A stretch of DNA of 64,000 nucleotides from Candidatus Aminicenantes bacterium (lineage in GTDB: Bacteria; Acidobacteriota; Aminicenantia; Aminicenantales; Aminicenantaceae): the NCBI GenBank assembly GCA_011773465.1, contig WVXO01000060.1, positions 34,047 to 98,046 on the forward strand, in the 5' to 3' direction. A model generated the notes under the pieces. It had not been told where the DNA came from and searched no databases. It was given only the letters and a program-made list of their open reading frames with translations. The number at the start of each line of letters is the position of its first letter. Within the stretch, counting starts at the first letter, position 1. Shown piece by piece: positions 1 to 8,595 of this stretch. The translations under genes and the position numbers were made by a program.

Positions 1-1
1 A

Positions 2-823
2 ATGGAGATCAAGGCTGACTTCATAGATTATGATTACATTGAGACTTTCGAAATCCCCCTGGTTGAAGGCCGCAGCTTTTCACGGGAATATTCCGCCGAT
101 CCTGAAACCGCCTTCATCGTCAATGAGGAAGCCGTTAAACGAATGGGACTTGAAAAACCCGTGGTGGGAAAAAGGTTCGGATTCTGGAATATCGACGGCC
201 AGATCATCGGCGTCATGAAGGATGCCCATTTCCAGGCGCTTCACTACAAGATCGAACCCCTTGTGTTTAAAATGTTTCCCGATTGGCTGAGGCGCATGTA
301 TGTGAAGATCCGGTCAGACAACGTGTCTGACACTCTGGCCTCTCTGGAAAAGACCTGGAAAGAGATGAGCCTAGGCTATCCCTTCGAGTACAGGTTTCTG
401 GATGAGGACTTCCACAACCTTTACAAGAGTGAAGCGAGACTGGGGAAAATCTTTCAGTCCTTCGCGGCCCTGGCAGTGTTTATCGCCTGTCTGGGCCTTT
501 TCGGCCTTGCCTCTTTCATCGCTGAACAGAGGACCAAGGAGATAGGGATTCGCAAGGTCCTGGGCTCGTCAACAGCCAGGATTGTGGCGCTCCTCAACCG
601 GGAGTTCCTTAACTGTATAGCAGCCGCCAACCTCATCGCCTGGCCCATCGCCTATTTCGCTATGCAGGCATGGCTCCAAAAGTTCGCCTACCGGGCCAAC
701 ATAGAGATATGGATATTCCTTCTTGCCGCCACGCTCGGCCTGACAGTAGCTCTGCTCACAGTTAGCCTACAGACTTTGAGAGCCGCTAGTGCCAATCCTG
801 TCGACAGCCTCAAGCATGAGTGA
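2..823 (+). CDS. ABC transporter permease, FtsX/MacB-type, C-terminal fragment (5' end lies outside the window)
   Basis: The ORF is open to the window edge. An extracytoplasmic segment is followed by three C-terminal TM helices and the EIGIRKVLG-type motif typical of FtsX-family permeases. Confidence 0.8.
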   Translation: MEIKADFIDYDYIETFEIPLVEGRSFSREYSADPETAFIVNEEAVKRMGLEKPVVGKRFGFWNIDGQIIGVMKDAHFQALHYKIEPLVFKMFPDWLRRMYVKIRSDNVSDTLASLEKTWKEMSLGYPFEYRFLDEDFHNLYKSEARLGKIFQSFAALAVFIACLGLFGLASFIAEQRTKEIGIRKVLGSSTARIVALLNREFLNCIAAANLIAWPIAYFAMQAWLQKFAYRANIEIWIFLLAATLGLTVALLTVSLQTLRAASANPVDSLKHE

Positions 824-874
824 GTTTGTGTGAGTCGGGAAGTCTTATAAAATTGAGTGCCAACCTGAGTTGAT

Positions 875-987
875 TGTAGGTGCTTGATTCATCAAGCCTA
901 CCTGTTGATTCTGTAGAGGCTGATTCATAAAATCCAAATCTATTACAGGAATTTGGTTCTTCTGTAGGGGTTTGATTTATCAAGCCA
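875..987. repeat. Three copies of palindromic repeat family B (GTAGGGGYTTGATTYATCAARCC)
   Basis: Copies at 875-902 (tgtaggtgcttgattcatcaagcctacc), 912-930 and 962-987. The same motif recurs at six other loci in the window. Confidence 0.85.
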
Positions 988-992
988 GCACT

Positions 993-1508
993 TTATTCTA
1001 TTTCCAAAAGCTCTGTGCCCAGCGAATAACCTTTCTCTGTCAATTCAAAACCTGATTCTATAGACTTTATTAATCCCTGTTCAATCGCATCGTTAATAAT
1101 TTCTGTGAATCCTTCAGGACCCATCGAGTACGTAATAGGGTAATCTTTTTCCGCTTCTAACAAAACATTATAGCCATACTGAGGAGACTTCTTTCTTATG
1201 TACATGATTAAATGCTTTACCCTATCATCAACAGTCTTGTTCTCATATTCTGTAATTATCCCTCTTAAGTAACCTGCGTCTTCCAGCTGAGGGGGTTCCT
1301 TTCCATGCTCAAAACAATCCCTTGTATAAGATGATATCATTGCTTTCTTTTCTCTAGGCAGATTTGTATAACTGCTCTGAAATATCTCCGGTGAAGCCAA
1401 GAAATATTCCCCACATGTGCCACATTTTATGAAATATCCCACCTTTCCTGGAATATGTGCTTTCTCTGCGTTTTTCTCACATAAAATACAAGTTGCTTGT
1501 TCGTTCAT
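993..1508 (-). CDS. Hypothetical protein with an N-terminal four-Cys zinc ribbon
   Basis: 171-aa ORF with CILC...CGTC (CxxC-x17-CxxC) at the N-terminus and a helical, possibly winged-helix-like C-terminal half. I recognise no family. Confidence 0.55.
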   Translation of the reverse strand: MNEQATCILCEKNAEKAHIPGKVGYFIKCGTCGEYFLASPEIFQSSYTNLPREKKAMISSYTRDCFEHGKEPPQLEDAGYLRGIITEYENKTVDDRVKHLIMYIRKKSPQYGYNVLLEAEKDYPITYSMGPEGFTEIINDAIEQGLIKSIESGFELTEKGYSLGTELLEIE

Positions 1509-1702
1509 TTTTCCACCTCACGGACGGCAATATGTTTATTTTTACGAAATCATTATATATAAATGGAAATGATAACTCAAGAACACACATTATATCGGGA
1601 GTTTTCTACTGATAGCCTTTTTTAATAAAAAAGTAGCCTGTCCCCTTTTTTTATGATATCTTGATTGAGCCATTTCTGTAAAACTTCATTAAGGAGGATT
1701 TC

Positions 1703-2290
1703 ATGTTGAAAAAGCTTTTTTTGATCATTTCAATAATGGGGGTTCTCATAGCCTTTGCCACAACAATCCAGGCTGACAAGTCCAATCCCAAAGTAATTAT
1801 GAAAACAAGCATGGGAGATGTAACCATCGAACTCTATCCAGATAAAGCACCCATTACTGTCAAGAATTTTCTCTCCTATGTGGATGAGAAATTCTATGAT
1901 GGAACGATATTCCACCGGGTGATTAATGGGTTCATGATTCAGGGTGGAGGACTGACCGCAGATTTTAAATCAAAACCGGTCAAGCCAGCCATAAAGAACG
2001 AAGCTACGAATAAGCTAAAAAATAAAAGAGGAACGATCGCTATGGCTCGGATGCCTGCCAAAGACAGTGCCACTTGCCAGTTCTTTATAAATCATGTGGA
2101 CAATCCTGGTCTGGATCACAGAGACAATACTCCCGAAGGATATGGGTATGCTGTCTTCGGAAAAGTCGTCAAGGGTATGGACGTGGTTGATGCCATAGCT
2201 AACGTTAAAATAATGACCAGAAGCGGCCGGGCGAATGTTCCGAGGGAAACCATAACCATCATCTCCATCCAGCGAGTAGAAGACAATTAG
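1703..2290 (+). CDS. Cyclophilin-type peptidyl-prolyl cis-trans isomerase, secreted
   Basis: N-terminal signal peptide, cyclophilin motifs FHRVINGFMIQGGG and ATCQFFIN, and an AGGAGG Shine-Dalgarno upstream. Confidence 0.9.
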   Translation: MLKKLFLIISIMGVLIAFATTIQADKSNPKVIMKTSMGDVTIELYPDKAPITVKNFLSYVDEKFYDGTIFHRVINGFMIQGGGLTADFKSKPVKPAIKNEATNKLKNKRGTIAMARMPAKDSATCQFFINHVDNPGLDHRDNTPEGYGYAVFGKVVKGMDVVDAIANVKIMTRSGRANVPRETITIISIQRVEDN

Positions 2291-2344
2291 TTGCTTGAGT
2301 TATAATTCCGTCGTCGGGGGAGTTCCGAGCTTCTGTTGACTGCA

Positions 2345-2542
2345 ATGTTCGACTGGATATTCGCCTTCTTTCACCTCTTTGCTCTCCTTGCTATTCTTGT
2401 TTATGCTGTCTATTCTCTCTTCCAGGGAAACATTTCTAGATTCATCATTCTTTTTGTCCTGCTGGTCTTTTGGTACTTTTTCATGCTCCATCCAGCAGTA
2501 AAAAAGGAGATCCAAAGAAAAAAGAAGAAAAAAAAGACTTGA
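2345..2542 (+). CDS. Small two-TM membrane protein with a poly-Lys tail, hypothetical
   Basis: Two hydrophobic helices followed by KKEIQRKKKKKKT. It ends 18 nt before the DUF3800 gene. I moved the start from the TTG at 2336 to the ATG at 2345. Confidence 0.4.
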   Translation: MFDWIFAFFHLFALLAILVYAVYSLFQGNISRFIILFVLLVFWYFFMLHPAVKKEIQRKKKKKKT

Positions 2543-2559
2543 AAGGAAAGTAATACTCT

Positions 2560-3438
2560 ATGCCAGTTTTTTTTGCTTTCTCGGATGAGTCAGGAAAATA
2601 CAAAAAAGAAAGAACAGATAAATTCATCTTAAAAAATCCTTTTTACTGCCGCTCGGTTGTTCTTCTTGAAGCAGGCGACTGGATAAAGCTCAAGGATAAA
2701 TTTTATCATCTCAAAAAGGAATTGTTGGATATCGACCACCAGCAAGAAGTGAAATGGTCCTATATCTGGTCTCTGTTCAAGCACTCCCAAAAAGGAGAAG
2801 GAGTCCCAAAAAATAAACCTTATTTTTATCTCCGCCATCATTCCCTGGATTTACTCGTAGATTTCATAAGAAAAGTCCTCCAATTTCTCAGTGAATGCAG
2901 AAGCTGTCATATCATACTCACTCTGACTTTTAATGACAGGGAAAAAACAAGACCTCTGAAGATGAAAAAGATAGCAAAGTGCCATATAGGCCATGTTTGG
3001 GATATAGCTGAAAAAGAAATGAGAAGAATTCCTGAAAGTGTTTGCGTCTTTTTCTTTAACCGGGAAGAACCGGCGTTGGAAAGGAGTCTGAAGGAAGTTT
3101 TCTTTGAGATTTATCGAGAAAGCTCACCAGAGAAATATTCCCGAATAAAAGACAGCCTCAATTTTGAATATTTCCCTCAAGGCTTTGGTGGTCAACTTGC
3201 TGACTACTGTGCAGGAGTTTTCAACGGCTGTTGCCGTCTCTATCCTCAGAGTATAGATCTTTTCCGTAACCAGATCTGGTCAAAAATACTGAAGGAGAAA
3301 AATGAAGCGCTGGGATACGGAATAACAGAAATCCCAAAAAATTCAAAAAATAGAGCTTACCTTAAAGGAATCTTAGAAAAAATTTTTGCTACAGAGGAAA
3401 AGAATTACCGGATTAGCCTCAACGCAAAGTTGAAATAG
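2560..3438 (+). CDS. DUF3800 family protein
   Basis: N-terminal FAFSDESG motif and a later QLADYCAG motif, as in DUF3800 proteins. 292 aa. Confidence 0.65.
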   Translation: MPVFFAFSDESGKYKKERTDKFILKNPFYCRSVVLLEAGDWIKLKDKFYHLKKELLDIDHQQEVKWSYIWSLFKHSQKGEGVPKNKPYFYLRHHSLDLLVDFIRKVLQFLSECRSCHIILTLTFNDREKTRPLKMKKIAKCHIGHVWDIAEKEMRRIPESVCVFFFNREEPALERSLKEVFFEIYRESSPEKYSRIKDSLNFEYFPQGFGGQLADYCAGVFNGCCRLYPQSIDLFRNQIWSKILKEKNEALGYGITEIPKNSKNRAYLKGILEKIFATEEKNYRISLNAKLK

Positions 3439-3449
3439 AACAAAGAAAT

Positions 3450-4820
3450 ATGGACTTATTTGAGCGCACTATCCGCTTCCTGGCCACCATAGTCTGGGGC
3501 CCTCAGACGGTTATCCTGCTCTTGGGAGTGGGATTTTTTCTAACGATCCGCCTGCGCTTTGTCCAGCTTCGCCGGCTGGGGCTTTCTTTCCGCTTCGGTC
3601 TCGGGAAAAGAGATTTTGGGGAAACCGCTAAAGAGCGCAAAGGCGACATTACCCCTTTCCAGGCTTTAACGACCTCTTTAGCCTGCACGATTGGAAACGG
3701 AAATATTGCTGGAGTCGGCACAGCGATCGCCATGGGAGGTCCCGGAGCAGTTTTCTGGATGTGGCTGCTCGCCTTCTTCGGTATGGCCACAAAGCTTGTT
3801 GAAGCTGTCCTGGGGCAGAAATTCAAGAGGACTGCTCCAGATGGCTTAGTGGCAGGTGGTCCCATGTACTACATAAGAGATGGATTGAAACTCCCCTGGC
3901 TGGCAGGCATATACGCTTTCTTTATGGGCTGTAAACCTCTTTTTGCGACCACTTCCATTCAATCTAACTCAATAGCCCTGGTTTTAAAGACACAATTGGG
4001 ATTCGAACCATGGATTTCTGGTCTTGGCCTGGCTGTTCTGACTTGGCTGGTCATCATTGGAGGAATTAAAACCATAGCCAAGGTGACAGAATTTTTATCC
4101 CCTTTTATGGTGTTTCTGTACCTATTTGGCGCTTTTTTTACCTTAATAGTCTTCGCTCCTCAGATTCCTCACGCTTTCTACCTCATTTTCGGAGGAGCTT
4201 TCAATCCCTCAGCTATCACCGGAGGAGTTGCAGGTATGACAGTAGCACGGGCTATCCGCTATGGATTTGCCAGAGGCGCTTATTCCAACGAAGCTGGGAC
4301 CGGAACAGCAGCTGTCTTTCATGCCACTGCCCAAACAAGCGAGCCTGTACGGCAAGGATTAATCGCTTCTTTAGACGTTTTTATTGATACCATCATTATC
4401 TGTTCCCTAACTGCTTTTGCGGTTCTAGTGACCGGAGTCTGGAACACAGGAATCACTAGCACAGCGATGACCGCTTCCGCTTTTAACGCCGCTTTACCGA
4501 AATACGGAGGCCTTATAGTGGCTGCAAGTTCTCTTCTTTTCGGATATTCCAGCTTGATTACAGTTCCTTATTATGGAGAAATTTCCTTTAAATATCTATT
4601 GGGCTCCTGGGTAAAACAACCATTTCGCTGGATCTTTTGCATCATCATTTTTGTTGGAGCTGCTATGAAAGTTGAAGAGGCCTGGTCTATCGGTGATGTA
4701 TTCAACGGAATGATGGCTTTTACCAACCTGATTGGACTGGTAGGTCTGTCCGGAGTTGCGGTGGTGCTGGTGAAAAGCTATTTGAAAAAATTGGAAACCC
4801 GTAAAAATAAAAACTATTAA
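3450..4820 (+). CDS. agcS: Alanine/glycine:cation symporter (AGCS family)
   Basis: About 11 TM helices and the family signature FQALTTSLACTIGNGNIAGVGTAIAMGGPGAVFWMW. 456 aa. Confidence 0.85.
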   Translation: MDLFERTIRFLATIVWGPQTVILLLGVGFFLTIRLRFVQLRRLGLSFRFGLGKRDFGETAKERKGDITPFQALTTSLACTIGNGNIAGVGTAIAMGGPGAVFWMWLLAFFGMATKLVEAVLGQKFKRTAPDGLVAGGPMYYIRDGLKLPWLAGIYAFFMGCKPLFATTSIQSNSIALVLKTQLGFEPWISGLGLAVLTWLVIIGGIKTIAKVTEFLSPFMVFLYLFGAFFTLIVFAPQIPHAFYLIFGGAFNPSAITGGVAGMTVARAIRYGFARGAYSNEAGTGTAAVFHATAQTSEPVRQGLIASLDVFIDTIIICSLTAFAVLVTGVWNTGITSTAMTASAFNAALPKYGGLIVAASSLLFGYSSLITVPYYGEISFKYLLGSWVKQPFRWIFCIIIFVGAAMKVEEAWSIGDVFNGMMAFTNLIGLVGLSGVAVVLVKSYLKKLETRKNKNY

Positions 4821-4845
4821 TATAGATAGTCCCTTCAGTAATATT

Positions 4846-5074
4846 TGTCATTACGAGCCCCGCGCGGCATTCTGATAGAAGATGTCATTGCGAGGAGCGC
4901 AGCGACGCGGCAATCCTCCGTTGCGAGCGAAGCGCGGCAATCTCAATTTTTTTTTATGAGATTGCCGCGCTCCCTTCGTTCGGTCGCAACGACAGGCTAA
5001 GGAATGTTCCTCGCTCCTCAAAATGATAACTTATTGTATGAGATTGCTTCGCCGCTGAGGGGCTCGCAATGACA
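4846..5074. repeat. Cluster of repeat family A (GTCATTGCGAGgAGCGaAGCGACGCGGCAATC and its inverse)
   Basis: Five half-units in both orientations form nested hairpins. One is cggcaatctca-N10-tgagattgccg, a perfect 11-bp stem at about 4935-4967. Confidence 0.85.
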
Positions 5075-5103
5075 ATGGATTGACCGAGTTTGGGGCAGGC
5101 CTT

Positions 5104-5868
5104 TTATTTAATGACTTTGCCGGAGAGGATAAGGATTAAGGCTCTATTTCCACCGTCAAGTTTAGAGACTCCCACCACAGTCCTCTCTCCGCTTTTCACG
5201 GTTAGAGTTGTACGTATAAGAACTATCTCTCTTTCTTTTCTTTCAATTTTGTCAGTTTTAATAGCACTTACCTGCTGGACTAAGGCCAATTCTAACTGAA
5301 AGGTATCCCCTTTCTGTTCTTTGACATAGCGAGGCTCCAATCTAAGTCTTACGTCCAGGTCATGACCACCGAGTTTCAGATCAGAATACTTGTCGTCTTG
5401 AATTCTTAGGAAGGAAGAATCAATTTTATAGTAGTGGGTGTATCCTAAAACATTTTTCAATTCTTTTATTATCGGATCAGACTCTAACGTCTTCTTCGAT
5501 TGCTTTCCCTCGGTTAATTTTGCAAGATCAGGTATTTCCACTAAATCCATCGATCCTAAAATCAGGTCCACAGTGATAAGGATATCAACTGGCTTGACAT
5601 CGATTTCTTTGATGATCGAGAGCATCTTGTCAACAATCTCAGGAGTGTCCTGTATTGTAATGATATTCAGGTCATGGTTGGAAGTTATGCGGCCGTACGG
5701 ACTCTGAAAGCTGCGCAAAACCTTATGAACTTCCTCCGCCTCAACATACTTGAGCTTTACAAACTCCTTCTTAAGCTCGGGCTTCCTCTCATTTTCTAAA
5801 GCATAAAGATTCAAAGTTATTCCAGTCAAAAGTAAAAAAACGCACAAAATTCCGATAGATTTCTTCAT
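5104..5868 (-). CDS. Secreted protein with a secretin-N (NolW-like) domain
   Basis: Signal peptide, then FVKLKYVEAEEVHKVLRSF...NIITIQDTPEIVDKMLSIIKEIDVKP, which matches the secretin N-domain pattern. Its start overlaps the upstream anti-sigma stop by 4 nt. Confidence 0.6.
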   Translation of the reverse strand: MKKSIGILCVFLLLTGITLNLYALENERKPELKKEFVKLKYVEAEEVHKVLRSFQSPYGRITSNHDLNIITIQDTPEIVDKMLSIIKEIDVKPVDILITVDLILGSMDLVEIPDLAKLTEGKQSKKTLESDPIIKELKNVLGYTHYYKIDSSFLRIQDDKYSDLKLGGHDLDVRLRLEPRYVKEQKGDTFQLELALVQQVSAIKTDKIERKEREIVLIRTTLTVKSGERTVVGVSKLDGGNRALILILSGKVIK

Positions 5869-6389
5869 TCTTTGACCTCCAGTTCAAAATTTTTATTTAA
5901 AAACCAGACTATTTTTAGCCCGGTTTCTTTGGAGACGATTGTCATGGAAACTACCTCCTGTTCAGATTCTTCCGGCGAGCTCCTGAAAAGCTGGGCCTGC
6001 TCTTCTGTGAATTTTTCTGATCCCAGCCCCATCTCTTTTTGGGTGATTGATGGCCCTATTATAAACAATAGGGTAAGAGCAACAACAAGCATTCCTAAAA
6101 GAGAGTAAGCCCAGACCTTCTTAAACGGCCAGTAGACAAGAGGTGAAACTTCAGGTTTTTTATCTTTTATTGCTCTCTTAAGGACCTGCTGCCAATCTCT
6201 TTCTTCCCAATCTATCCTGTCTTTTGCCAGCCATTCCTTAGTTTTCTTAAGAGTCAACATATAGGAGTCGTATTCTTGTTGACATTTCGGACAGTTTTCA
6301 AAATGGGCTTTTAAGGACAAAATTTTAGACTTAGGAATCTCAGAGCCAGCCATCAGGGGGAGTAAACTTTGAACCTTCCTGCAGTTCAC
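5865..6389 (-). CDS. Anti-sigma factor, zf-HC2 type, single TM
   Basis: N-terminal H-x3-C-x2-C motif (HFENCPKC) and one TM helix (AYSLLGMLVVALTLLFIIG). It overlaps the ECF sigma stop by 4 nt. Confidence 0.75.
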   Translation of the reverse strand: MNCRKVQSLLPLMAGSEIPKSKILSLKAHFENCPKCQQEYDSYMLTLKKTKEWLAKDRIDWEERDWQQVLKRAIKDKKPEVSPLVYWPFKKVWAYSLLGMLVVALTLLFIIGPSITQKEMGLGSEKFTEEQAQLFRSSPEESEQEVVSMTIVSKETGLKIVWFLNKNFELEVKE

Positions 6390-6958
6390 CTTCTCACCTC
6401 TCTTGTATTGGCAAAATTAATTTTCTCAAACTGCTCCCTGATTTTTTTCCTTGCGCGGGAAAGATGCGTCCGGACACTCATCGACGAACATTTAAGAATC
6501 TCTGAAGCTTCTTCGATGGAGAAGCCCTCTCCATCCCGGAGAAGAAACGTAGCCTTTTCTTTGGGACTTAAATCTCGAAGGCAGGTTTCAATTTTAGCCC
6601 TTATTTCTCTATTCAGGAGTTGTTTTTCAGGGTCATAGCTGGCACTGAAGCCTATTTTTTTTTGACTCTCCACAAAATTTTCATATTTCTTTTTCTTTCT
6701 CAAAGAGTCATAAGCAGAATTCACCGTAATCCTGTAAATCCAGCTCTTAAAGCTCCTCCCTTTTTTGAATTTATCGAGATGCTTGTAAACTTTGATTAAA
6801 ACTTCTTGACAGACTTCTTTTGCTTCTTCTAAATTTCCGGTCATCCGATTAGCCATGTTCAATAATCCTTGACGATAAGGCTGGAGAAGAAGTTCAAATG
6901 AACGGTGATTCCCGTTAAGGACTTCCTCGACCAATTCATCTTCACTCTTCATCTCCAT
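6386..6958 (-). CDS. ECF-type RNA polymerase sigma factor (sigma-70 family, group 4)
   Basis: Region 2 (EVCQEVLIKVYKHL...WIYRITVNSAYD) and region 4 HTH (SIEEASEILKCSSMSVRTHLSRARKKI). 190 aa. Confidence 0.9.
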   Translation of the reverse strand: MEMKSEDELVEEVLNGNHRSFELLLQPYRQGLLNMANRMTGNLEEAKEVCQEVLIKVYKHLDKFKKGRSFKSWIYRITVNSAYDSLRKKKKYENFVESQKKIGFSASYDPEKQLLNREIRAKIETCLRDLSPKEKATFLLRDGEGFSIEEASEILKCSSMSVRTHLSRARKKIREQFEKINFANTREVRR

Positions 6959-7010
6959 TTAATATACTCATCTTTCCATGAAAATGTTAAGAAATAAATC
7001 AAACAAGCTT

Positions 7011-7140
7011 ATAGAAGATGTCATTGGGAGGAGCGAAGCGACGCGGCAATCTCAGCCTTTTATGAGATTGCTTCGCCTCGCTCACAATGACAAACAAAGG
7101 AATCCGTTTCGCTCGCAACGGCGGATTGCCGCATCGCTGC
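7011..7140. repeat. Repeat family A copy
   Basis: atagaagatgtcattgggaggagcgaagcgacgcggcaatctc is nearly identical to 4874-4915. It is followed by inverse half-units. Confidence 0.85.
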
Positions 7141-7263
7141 TATAGGTATTTGTTTGTCCGCTGATACTCCGCCAGAGAAATTCAGGCTATCCTCGATGTT
7201 GACTAAAGGTGCGAAATAAACTATTTTTCATATCTAAGGCTTCCTCCAAAATAATTATGCTTC

Positions 7264-8562
7264 ATGCAAATCAAAATAAAGACATATAAGAAAAAAAGAA
7301 GAAAAACTCGGCGCATACATCTTTTGTTGTTTATATTCCTGTCTTTCTCGCTTTTCCTTATCCTGACCTTCCTTCATGAGGAAAAACCTGCGCTCGAAGA
7401 GGAAAAAGAGGCTCTTCAACAAGAGGCTTCTTTTGTCCTGCCGCCTCTGGAAGAAAAAAAAGAAATCATCAGAAGAGGAATGACAATGACAGATATTTTA
7501 AAACCCTACAATCTCTCCGGCACTGAAATACATGCACTGATAAAAGAAGTAAAGCCAATCTATGACCTGGCCAAAATAAGAGCTGGCCAAGAGCTGAGAA
7601 CTTATTCCTCTCCACAGGGAGATTTCTTTTCCCTAGAATACGATATCGATGAGGAAAACTATCTTCATGTCCAGAGAAAAGAGGGCACCTATAAGGCTAC
7701 GCTAAAAAAAATTCCCTACGATATTAGTGTCAAAACGATCTGGGGGGTAATAGAGGAGAATCTCATCTTTGCCGTAAGAGATGAGAACGAGGGGATTATG
7801 CTGGCTCTTAACCTTGCTGATCTTTTTGCCTGGGACATTGATTTTTATGCGGACCTTCGCCGCGGCGACTCTTTCAAAATCATATTCGAGAAGAAATATC
7901 TTAACGGCGAGTTTGTAGGCTATGAAAATATTCTAGCCGCAGAATTTACCAATCAAGGCAAGAAATTCCTGGCTTTCCGCTACACCTACCTTGATACTAA
8001 AGATACGGATTATTTCGACCTTGAGGGCAAGTCTTTAAGGAAAGAATTCCTGAAATCTCCGATAAGGTACAGCCGAATCACTTCCCGTTTCAGCCGCAGG
8101 AGGCTGCATCCTATTCGCAAGGTCTACCGCCCCCACTTCGGAGTGGATTATGCGGCCAGCGTCGGGACTCCGGTCCAGGTGACCGCGGACGGAACCGTCA
8201 CTTTTGCCGGACGGCGGGGAGCTTCAGGCCGCATGATAAGCATCCGTCATAAAAACAGGTATGAAACCATATACCTTCATCTTAGAGGTTATGCACCTGG
8301 AATAAGAAAGGGGAAAAAGGTTAAGGGAGGCCAGGAAATCGGGTATGTGGGTTCATCGGGTGAGTCGACGGGCCCCCACTTAGATTACAGAATCAAGAAA
8401 GACGGAAGATACATCAATCCCCTTCTTTTTAATCCCGCGCCCGTAAAACCCCTGAGAGCAGAGTTTCTGGATGATTTTAAGAAAAAAGCCGAGAGTTATT
8501 GTCTTTGTTTCGAAGCCCCTCTGATCATATTATCAAGTTTCAGTAATTCTTTTCCGCTATAA
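7264..8562 (+). CDS. M23 family metallopeptidase (peptidoglycan DD-endopeptidase-like), membrane anchored
   Basis: N-terminal TM helix and M23 motifs HFGVDYAA and GESTGPHLDY. Confidence 0.85.
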   Translation: MQIKIKTYKKKRRKTRRIHLLLFIFLSFSLFLILTFLHEEKPALEEEKEALQQEASFVLPPLEEKKEIIRRGMTMTDILKPYNLSGTEIHALIKEVKPIYDLAKIRAGQELRTYSSPQGDFFSLEYDIDEENYLHVQRKEGTYKATLKKIPYDISVKTIWGVIEENLIFAVRDENEGIMLALNLADLFAWDIDFYADLRRGDSFKIIFEKKYLNGEFVGYENILAAEFTNQGKKFLAFRYTYLDTKDTDYFDLEGKSLRKEFLKSPIRYSRITSRFSRRRLHPIRKVYRPHFGVDYAASVGTPVQVTADGTVTFAGRRGASGRMISIRHKNRYETIYLHLRGYAPGIRKGKKVKGGQEIGYVGSSGESTGPHLDYRIKKDGRYINPLLFNPAPVKPLRAEFLDDFKKKAESYCLCFEAPLIILSSFSNSFPL

Positions 8563-8595
8563 CTCAGAATATAAGAAAGAAGAGCCGCAGCGCTG

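Noticed and set aside
2300-2515. 71-aa minus-strand ORF opposite the small membrane-protein ORF
   Set aside because: The plus-strand reading gives two clean hydrophobic helices and is co-directional with, and adjacent to, the DUF3800 gene. The minus-strand product is a charged, low-complexity mirror. Neither is proven, and I kept only the plus-strand call at low confidence.
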